This document shows positions 47,217-56,411 of a DNA stretch of 56,411 bases, one piece after another. A program made the translations under genes and the position numbers. Every line of letters starts with the position of its first letter. The first letter of the stretch is position 1. Below the pieces are notes generated by a model that saw nothing but the letters and a program-made list of their open reading frames with translations, was not told the origin of the DNA and searched no databases. Source of the DNA: Octopus bimaculoides (lineage: Eukaryota); assembly GCF_001194135.2 (NCBI RefSeq), contig NC_068983.1:84278333-84334743 (forward strand). The letters run 5' to 3'.

Positions 47217-48631
47217 NNNNNNNNNNNNNNNNNNNNNNNNNNNNNNNNNNNNNNNNNNNNNNNNNNNNNNNNNNNNNNNNNNNNNNNNNNNNNNNNNNNN
47301 NNNNNNNNNNNNNNNNNNNNNNNNNNNNNNNNNNNNNNNNNNNNNNNNNNNNNNNNNNNNNNNNNNNNNNNNNNNNNNNNNNNNNNNNNNNNNNNNNNNN
47401 NNNNNNNNNNNNNNNNNNNNNNNNNNNNNNNNNNNNNNNNNNNNNNNNNNNNNNNNNNNNNNNNNNNNNNNNNNNNNNNNNNNNNNNNNNNNNNNNNNNN
47501 NNNNNNNNNNNNNNNNNNNNNNNNNNNNNNNNNNNNNNNNNNNNNNNNNNNNNNAGTAAAGACACAATGACCAAAGTCTGGCCACTGGTCAAACACTCAA
47601 GTTCCATCTGAAATTATATGCTAACTTGCCCTCAGTCATCATATCAGAGCAACAACTTTAGCCACCTTTTTTAATTCAATATCACTACCACTCATTGACA
47701 TTCTTATTAAATCAAAAATTAGTTTAGCACGCATGACTTCTGGAAACAGTTTTACATGCTCAGAATTGTTGAAGCATAGAATAAATGACCTGTGTCAGTT
47801 ATTAGCTGTCAGGGCATCACATTTTTAAAAAATTCTATGCTTCCTGAAATTTGCCAACACTACCACTGACGTATCTGTACACTCTTTCCTTTTTATGGTT
47901 CTTTTCCATCTTGTGTTTTATCTTTTGGCTATCATAGCTGTCTTTCTTCACTTCACTTATTGCTGCTTTCTATCCCTTCTTTTAACTTTTTCTGATGGGC
48001 TGTAGTACACCTGAACACTGAAAGATAGTAAACAGGTAGAATTGTTAGTATGTCAGACACAATGTTTTGTGGTATTTCTTCTGACTCTTTACACTTTGAG
48101 TTCAAATCCACCAAGGTCAACTTTGTATTTTACATAGAGCATTGAACATTGGCTTCAGGGTTTTCAACACTGCTAACTTTACTTTCCTTATTTAAAGACG
48201 CAGTATTAATATTAATGTGTTTAAACTTGGATTCAATTTCTGAGTGATTTAAAAAAAAAAAAAAAAGGACCACTAGAAACCATTGTCATTTCATTTGCCT
48301 CAACTAATTTTTAGTTTTACCACCCTCTTTTGAAGAAGCTCTTCACGCAAAGTAATGAACAATACCAGTTTTAAATATCTGAATTCATGAAATCCCTCAA
48401 ATCCCCCAAAATATGCTAAATGATAATTGTGGCTTTGCCTAAGCTGATAAAAAATTCTAGTCATAGCAGTGGTCACTGTCTAGTATTTAGTGTCAATACT
48501 ACCCATCTTTAATGGCTTCAACAAAAAGTGGATGGTGTTTTAACCTAGCTCTAGGAAAACAACATATGTCACTGTGGTGTTTTTGTGAGAGACAAACATA
48601 TGTGTGGCTGTGGCAGTTATTTGATAACCAT

Positions 48632-48728
48632 GGTTGTAGTGACACATATGTCAGCTACTGAACAGCAGTCACAACAACACTTGAGTCGTGACTGCTGTTC
48701 AGTAGCTGATATATGTGTCACAACAACC
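48632..48728. repeat. 97-nt hairpin (44-bp arms, 9-nt loop)
   Basis: Arms differ at 3 positions; flanked by the 14-bp direct repeat ACATATGTGTGGCT (48596-48609, 48744-48757). Confidence 0.93.
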
Positions 48729-49102
48729 GTTAGTTGACAGATGACATATGTGTGGCTATAGCTGCTAAAGAGTTGAGAATCAGAGGAAGAGAAAGTTGTC
48801 CCAATAAGATATCCTAATGCTGCAAGGCTATTTTCTTTGAAAAAGGGTACAATGATTGAAGTATGAGAGAAAAAAATCACACATTTGTGCAGATATCAAC
48901 ATATCTAGTGACTCCACAGCAAACTGCAATACCTTTGACTCTCAGTTTATATTCACACACGCACACAGGCATGCGTGTGCGGCACACACACACACACACA
49001 ATAAATGTTTTCTCAATACTTACTCCATTTAGAATTTTTCAAAATTTAGCAAACACATCAAAACCTCCACTTCTTCAGACCAAAACAAATGGTCTGCATC
49101 AA

Positions 49103-49415
49103 TGGACGCCAACCATTTTTTGCACCATGGACCAGTTTCATGCAAGACAATCTTCCCACACAACGGAGGAATTAAATGCTCTTATTATTGTTACAGTTAG
49201 CTTGTGGGCTTAAGATATTGGTGCTTAAAGAAAACTGTGACAGAAAAGAGGCACAGACAAAAGTGGTAAGTTTTTGAAAATAAAACATCCTACAGACTGT
49301 GATGGTCAATAAAACAGAAATAAAATTTAGAACTTATTCCTTCTGTGTTGCCCAGTATCATATGGTCCATGCCCCAGTAGTGGTCTGCAGCCTGGTGGTT
49401 GGAGACCCTCTGGTC
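49103..49415. mobile_element. Decayed hAT/Charlie-like MITE
   Basis: GCCAACCATTTTTTGCACCATGGACCAGTTTCATGCAAGACAATCTTCCCAC and the end GGTTGGAGACCCTCTG resemble MER1/Charlie-type termini (recalled); left TIR and TSD degenerate. Confidence 0.55.
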
Positions 49416-50372
49416 TAGGTGACATTCCATCCATCACCTCACCCGCAAAACCAAACTGTTAAACTCTTTTCCAACTTCTCCCAAACTGTGTCATCTTTAT
49501 CCCCCAACGAAAAAAAAACATCAGTTCTGGAACATTGAAAACACAGAACACATCTGTATACTTTGTTCACAAGACAAATAACTGTTCTGACTGACTGAGC
49601 TCTCAATGCCATTTCCTTTCAATTCAACAATATCTAAACCACCATCATATTTTTATGTGATTTTCAAAAAGTCAATCATTGTACTCCAGTTGCCCTTTGC
49701 TACTCTAGATAGTTTTCATTCAAATTTGGATAAGACCCCAAACAAATGAACAAATTCACAGTTTTTTAAACTAGTTCTTGAATAAATATCATCATAATTG
49801 TTACCTGTATGTCAGTGGCATTAAAAGGAGCCCTTTATCTACTATCCTATTACCCAGGTATTTGTCAAGAATCTGTAATTTCTGTGAATTGCTCTCTTAT
49901 GTCAATGGCCTTCTTACAGACACATTCAGCCAAATACTTCCCTAATTTCCACCTTCCCATTCCATTAATATTGTTTCAACTCATCAAATACAGAATCCAA
50001 AGAATCTGCTGTTGGTTGTGTCAGCAAAAGTAATCTAATGGAATAAAAGTATATTAAAAATAAAAGTAAAGTCAGAGTCTTAAGCTATGTAGACACAAAA
50101 AAAAAGAAAAGGGAAATTATCAATGTTTCAAGCATAAACCTTTTTCTAAGATTGAGAGGAAAGAAATTAAGAAAAAGAGAAAAGGGGAAATGTAAGTGTA
50201 GGGTTTCAGTGAGTCATGATGGTAATAGATGATAGAAGTGGATTGATGGACGTGTGGTTTTTGAGTAAAGGAGAGTGGTGAGTAGAGTTGATTGTTGAGA
50301 AAATGTCAGTAATGCACAAAAAGAAAGTGGGAGGAGAGTAAACAGTTTCAGATAAGTGTTGGTAAGCATGCT

Positions 50373-50407
<35 letters not shown>

Positions 50408-51009
50408 ATGCGTGTGTGTGAGTACATGCAAACGCATGCACATGAGCAAATGAGTGGAAGACTCAAACAACTTGAGTATATGTAGAGAAGGAAATAGAGA
50501 AAAAGTAATCAATTGTTAGCTCCAGCTGGAAGAAACACCTCCAAAATAAAAATGAATTGTTGTTCAGGAAGGAGTCAAGGGAAGGGTGTACCCCCAGAGT
50601 TAGAATGGACCAAACATTGAAAATAGATGTGGTAGGAATGGCCCATAGAATTGAAATGTTTTTAACAGGTTTAAGACATTTGGGTTTGTTACATTACTCA
50701 TCAAGCAATTGCTATTTGAATTGAAATGCCAGCACACAGCCCCTTTCACCTACAATATACAATGCTTCCCAAAGTTGGCATTTTATGCAATAAGTAATAT
50801 TACTGGAGCTATAGATGAAATGGTCCACAAGTTGGAAAATAAGCCTAAGACTATGCACAGTAGTGACACTAGGAATAAAAAGTTAGGTGTTACTACAGGT
50901 GGATATTGTAACAAGAACAAATGGCTGTTCCAGGCTGGATGTGGCTGGGGCTGAAAGAACTACTAACCAAAGGAGGCTTAGTTTGTGATCACACTAAAAG
51001 GAGAGGAGA

Positions 51010-51270
51010 AATTAATGTGCAAGTGGCTGAGCAGTCCACAGACACATGCACCCTTAACGTAGTTCTCTGGGAGATTCAGCATGACACAGAATGTGACAAG
51101 GCTAGCCCTTTGAAAGACAGGTATTACTTACTTTTGCCAGCTGAGTGAACTGGAGCAATGTGAAATAAAATGTCTTACTCAAGGACACAACACTTTGCCA
51201 GGAATCGAACTCACAACCTTACAAGCATGAGCTGAATAACCTAACGATTAAGCCATGCATCTTCACAGAG
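51010..51270 (-). mobile_element. Family A SINE with second tail type
   Basis: Matches 30690-30935. Confidence 0.82.
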
Positions 51271-51369
51271 TGGGAATGACCCCATGCAAAAATGTAGTGA
51301 AGTATTTGATTGGACTTTTCCTCAGAATTAGTCTCAGCTGAAGATGCACCAGAGATGGAGGAATTGTGA

Positions 51370-51570
51370 TTATAAGATAAATGATTTGGTGTAGATAGGG
51401 TGTGAGGAGGAGAAATTTTAAGATGAGTTAGAATTAGTAGATTTGTAAAAGATGAATGTAGAGAGGTGAAGGTGATCAGTGGAAATAGGGGTATCTGAGA
51501 AATTGATCAAGGTATCAGAGATGGTAACTGACCGGTTATTGTTGGACAAAGAGTATAATCTACTGAACAG
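51370..51570 (-). mobile_element. Penelope-like RT C-terminal fragment
   Basis: Minus strand reads FSDTPIS...LSTFIFYKSTNS...NFSSSHPIYTKS, like the PLE FLD...KPT...SS.HP motif. Confidence 0.55.
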
Positions 51571-52044
51571 TCTCTGTTATATTACTAATATTTATTTTGT
51601 CGACACCAGTAACTTGGAGTGCAAAATAGCTTCCAACAGAATTTCAACATGAAACACAGAAGGAAGAAGCTAAATATTGTAATAGATTTACTATTGGTTC
51701 TCAATTGTCTCAATTACCTACATCACCCATCATGAAATTTATTACTGTATTTTCTAGCATTCAAGTCAAATTCTTCAGACAAAATAGGTAGATCAACTTA
51801 TACATGAAGATGACTTTGGAGGACCAAAACTTCCATGTGAAAATGCAGCATGATATTAACAATGTCTGAATGCTTGCATTTCATGTTTACACTATATACT
51901 GCATCAATTTGAATGCCAGAAAATACGGTACTACAAACAGCAAAAAAAATCATAATTGATCAAAACAAATTATTCAAATGACAATTTAAGCGGGTGAGAT
52001 TCTTTTTGTTAACATTTTTTTCTATTTTAATATTTTCTAATGGT

Positions 52045-52200
52045 TATTTCATTCTGAGTACAAATTCTGCCGAGGTCGACTTTGCTTTTCATCCTTTCAG
52101 GGTCGATAAATTAAGTACCAGTTGTGTACTGGGGTCAATCTAATCGCCTGGCCCCCTCCCCAAAAATTTCGGGCCTTGTGCCTAGAGTAGAAAAGAATAT
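52045..52200 (+). mobile_element. Solo family D SINE 3' part, little decayed
   Basis: AAATTCTGCCGAGGTCGACTTTGCTTTTCATCCTTTCAGGGTCGATAAATTAAGTACCAG...GGCCTTGTGCCTAGAGTAGAAAAG. Confidence 0.88.
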
Positions 52201-52679
52201 TTTCTAATTGTTTTTTGTCTTTTCTGGAGAAAACCTATTGTTTGTGGGTAATGTTATAAGATGTTGAATGACCTTTTATCTATAGTTTGGATAAATTGTG
52301 AAAAAATAAACTAAAGATATCATAAAGAGAGAAAGCAATAAAGTTTCTATACTAATTACGAAGCTGGTGTCAAAATGTTTAAAGTAATAAAGTATATTTC
52401 TACAATATCCTGTAGATTTTGCAAGTAACTCATTATGACATGACCAAATAAAAACAAATCTACTTTGCATAAACAAACAAAAATATCAAAGCCACTCAGA
52501 AAATATTTCACAACTGAAGTATGTCTAGTGTTCAGAAGTTGAAAAACGATAATAAATCAAGGAATAACTTATTCTTAACTTAAAATTTTAAGCGAAATGA
52601 ACGGTTTTCTCTATGGAAACGCAACAGTATTGATTTTTGTGTTTTTTTAAGCAGAAAACTTATTTGCCGGTGACCAAGT

Positions 52680-52891
52680 ATTTTCTTTTAGTTGTTTTGG
52701 TCATTGAACAGCAGCCATGCTGGGGCATTGGTTCGTAAGGTTAGATGAATTATCCTCAGTGCTAACTTTTAATATGGCATTTATCATATTGGTCTCTTTT
52801 GCTAAATTGTTAAGTTACAGGGACATAAACGAACTAACACTGGTTGTCAAGTGGTAGAAGGAAACAAACACAAAGTCACACATACATGTAA

Positions 52892-52937
<46 letters not shown>

Positions 52938-53095
52938 ACACACATGATGGGCTTCCTCTCAGTTTCTGTCTACCAAACTCACTCACAAGGTATTGATCAG
53001 CCTAAGGCTATAGTAGAAGACACTTGTCCAAGGTGCCACGGATATAACTGAACCTGAAACCATGTAGTTGATAAGCAAACTTATCACACAGCCAT
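52680..53095 (-). mobile_element. Full-length family B SINE with internal (CA)n
   Basis: Reverse complement of the B consensus seen elsewhere in the window. Confidence 0.82.
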
Positions 53096-53354
53096 GCAGT
53101 TATTTCATCAGCCCTAGAGCAATGGGTTTTAAACTCAGAATTGTAAAAGTGTGGTGGATTTCTCATTTCTTGACCATCTTCAACATCCACAAGATATCCT
53201 GTAACTTATAGAATCAAAAGAGTACTTCTGAAAACATGATCTTCATGCAATGTGCCAAGAACAAGTAAACCTGTGGTAATTAGCCCATCCTTTTCCTAGT
53301 TATTTACTGCAGCTAAGTTCACAAGCATACTGTGTATGATTTCTGGTTAGCCAT

Positions 53355-54291
53355 TAGACTTAGCAGCCAATTCTCCCTCAAATCACATCCTCCTGTCATT
53401 CATATTGGATAAAATATTCCAGGATACACTATACCTGAAAAAAGAAGGGATTGTCATGGTTGGGATGTTTTTGATCATAGGCTGCTTGATCAGAGCCACC
53501 TTGAGGCTAGACAACAATAACAACAAGAACATTCAAATATACATAACATTTGTTTCTGTTGCAATGGACATCACTAGTACTTCAAATCACAATGATAAAA
53601 CATAGAGAAATAGTGTATTTTGAACACAATACACTAGTATCTCATTAACAAATTGGTTGCTACATGACTTGTTAATTAAATATTGCAATCAATGTTATAA
53701 CAATCAGCTTGCCTGACATTTGGTCATGTAGTTCAGACAGAAAGAAAGACCAAGAGAAAAAAAGGATAAGGTGTTATAATCTGGTACTTGCCTAAAAGCA
53801 TTCTTCTACATTGGTAATGAGATGACACGAAACCAAGTCTTTTATGCTTAAGAAGTTGACTGTCTCTTAACTGTTGTAATAGCCTTATGTATGCACACAC
53901 ATGTATGTATACATACACTTCCACATCCACATATGTACCCTTTCATATAAATGCTTTCAATAACTCCTTTTCAAAACCATGATTAAGGGTCTAGTCCTCA
54001 TGTGTTGTGTTAAGTAGATGTGATATCATATATCTCTTTAGATAAGATGCAAATCTATCATATATGTATTTTCCAGGAGACCTAACTCGTATCATAAAAC
54101 TAAGTGAGTAACATTTAAGGAAAGAAACTCATAACTAAGGTGGAATAGTTGACTCTAACTTGAAATATCACTGTTTTTCAATATTATTCTATAGCTTACA
54201 AAACCTAACTACTGTAAACAAAAAGAAGCCTATAAGAAATTAACAGACATACCAAATTCCCAATTTTCTGCAGTATGACAGGGCTAATGAT

Positions 54292-54338
<47 letters not shown>

Positions 54339-54348
54339 NNNNNNNNNN

Positions 54349-54395
<47 letters not shown>

Positions 54396-55400
54396 GGTGG
54401 GGGAAGTAGAATTCACTGCTTGCATAAAAGCATTCTTCTATATTGGAAATGACATGATACAAAACCAAGTCTGTATAACCATATAGTTCGAATGAAATAT
54501 AATTAAGGTGGCATATCCATGCATGGACATACAGATCCATATACTCTCATATTTACTCATATATATGCACATGAGTCAACAAGAAAGCATATACACAGCA
54601 CCCAAATCTCCCTCAAAACATACCGTACCATCTTAGAGAAAAAAAGACACATTGGATAACAGAGTTTTGAGATGCACTATACCTGAAAAAAAAAAAAACA
54701 AGAGGGTACAATGGGAATGCTTTTGAACATAAGGTTGCTTGATTATGGTCATCTTGGGGCTAAACAGCAGCATACATAATATCACAGTGTCTATTACTGC
54801 AGATATCACCACAGCTATAAATCACAACAATGAAGATTCAGAGAACACCACTTGTTAATTAGATATTGCAATCAGTACTATAACCATCAGCTGGGATATC
54901 TTTTGATTATGTAGTGCAAATAAAAAGAGAGAAAAATAGGAAGAAAATAATGAAGAAAGATAAAGAGTGCAAGGTAGTAGTAGAATTCAGTGCTTGCTTA
55001 AATGCAATCTCCTCTATTGGAAATGACATGATATACAAAACCAAGTCCATTAAACATGAAAGGTTGACATTTTCTTAGCCATTATAGCACTTAATGTATG
55101 CACACACATATGTATGTGTGTGCTTACACACCAAAATATATACTCATGCATACTAATGCCTTCAATAGTTCCTTTTCCAAATCAAGGGTGTTTATGAGGC
55201 AAGCTCTTTGATCCAAATTTTGTGTTAAGCAGATGTGAGGTGTATTTCCTTTCTGTATCTATCTGATATATTTTTTCAAAAATGTCTGACTCTTATTCTC
55301 AATATAGGTAGGTAACATTCATATAAAGAAACACAGCAGAATTTGGTAAAAGAGACTAGTTGGCACTTCTCACTTGAGATGTCTTTTTATTTTCCATTAT
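53355..55400 (+). repeat. Diverged ~1.2-kb-period tandem duplication (53355-54190 vs 54595-55400) with a third partial copy at 54400-54475
   Basis: Colinear shared blocks: family E repeat, CTTGTTAATTA.ATATTGCAATCA, ATTGG.AATGA.ATGA.A..AAACCAAGTC, ATGTATGCACACACAT, TTGTGTTAAG.AGATGTGA. Confidence 0.82.
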
Positions 55401-56148
55401 CAAAATTTAATAAATAGAACACACAAGGTGTAACTACTTTTAAATGAAGACTTGCTGAAGATTTAACAGATATTATTGTCTCACTGCATGGTGGCAGTAC
55501 AAATAATAATAAAAAAAACATCAACATTGGTATGCAAGTGATGGTATACAGAGAAGACTAATGTGAGATTAAGTTGAGATAAACCATCTGAGTTGTCAGA
55601 CTATACTTCATTTCATGGCACATAAACCACTCTGGTATCTTTCTTAATGATCACAAATCTATAATATAGCCAAGATTGCATCATAATGTCTAGGATTTCA
55701 AACTGCACAGGTCTGAAAAGCTACTAACCCTATACAAAACAAACTTGTGCCTCACACAAAATGTATCTGGTATGGGTGAGCTACTTGCAGCACACAAACG
55801 TTCAAGATCACATTTCAAAACAAGGCTATTATCAGATACACAACAATGACTTGTACACTACCACACGCCTCAAACTATGTACCAAGCCTACACATGTTTC
55901 TCTAATTCAAATCATTTTTTTCCACCTATCGTCTCTACTATGTCTCACCCTCAATCCTCTATCAAACATTTCACTCAAGCTTACTTTGTAATCCTCAAAA
56001 TTCGTTTTCAGACAACTTAAAGGTATCAATGTGTAGAAATTCAAACTGAACGCCAACTAGATTAACAAAGTCACTATGTGGTTGCTTGACCTAGTATAAA
56101 TAGCTGTCAAATCTCTCTCATTACTATTGCTAATCTGTCTCTTGTGAG

Positions 56149-56411
56149 TGTGGTATGACGTCAGTGTCTGGGGAGGCTGACCGGAAGGGCGAGTTGACCG
56201 GAAGGGCGAGTTGACCGGAAGAGGAAAAAGGGCAGAGGGAGCCTCGATCGGGATTCGTGCCCTTTCGAACGGGGTCGCGGACAGGACAAGACGTGTCTAG
56301 TGACGGTCTAGGTTTGGGAGAAGCAGCTACTATTCCTGGTGTTCTTTGGGTCAGGGCAAGCTTCAGGGATTGGATACCGCAAGACAGACTCGCAGTCGAC
56401 GAAAGGAAAAC
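56149..56411 (+). mobile_element. Young GC/CpG-rich element start, probably an LTR (truncated by window edge)
   Basis: Abrupt composition change at TGTGG...; TGACGTCA 56156-56163; 17-bp unit TGACCGGAAGGGCGAGT x2.6; no coding sequence or PBS visible. Confidence 0.5.

Overview
Repeat-saturated, AT-rich animal DNA from a draft assembly with nine N-gaps, almost all flanked by microsatellites. The repeat repertoire (several tRNA-headed SINE families, RTE and CR1/L2-group LINEs, Penelope-like elements, dense (TA)n/(TG)n/(ATT)n/(GAT)n) looks like a coleoid cephalopod, most likely Octopus; this is recognition, not a database result. No long protein-coding ORF is present. The listed ORFs are microsatellite or gap read-through, or decayed transposon coding sequence. 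Supported content: RTE LINE copies, three CR1/L2-group LINE fragments, Penelope-like remnants, a mariner whose 5' end is replaced by an inverted copy of its 3' end, a hAT element with an 8-bp TSD, Helitron-like non-autonomous elements, four or five SINE families (called A-E here) and a young GC-rich LTR-like end at the right edge. A CpG-retaining, repeat-poor stretch at about 34.2-38.7 kb with ETS/CCAAT motifs is probably a promoter. A chain of small, phase-compatible minus-strand exon candidates suggests the left 37 kb is mostly intron of an unidentified gene (inference). Best leads: a near-canonical type I hammerhead ribozyme motif (24856-24900, minus) plus three decayed ones, tandem SINE arrays built on (ATT)n, modular head/tail sharing among SINEs and the RTE LINE, and several long hairpins that could be ADAR or Drosha substrates. 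Boundaries of decayed repeats are approximate (tens of bp).
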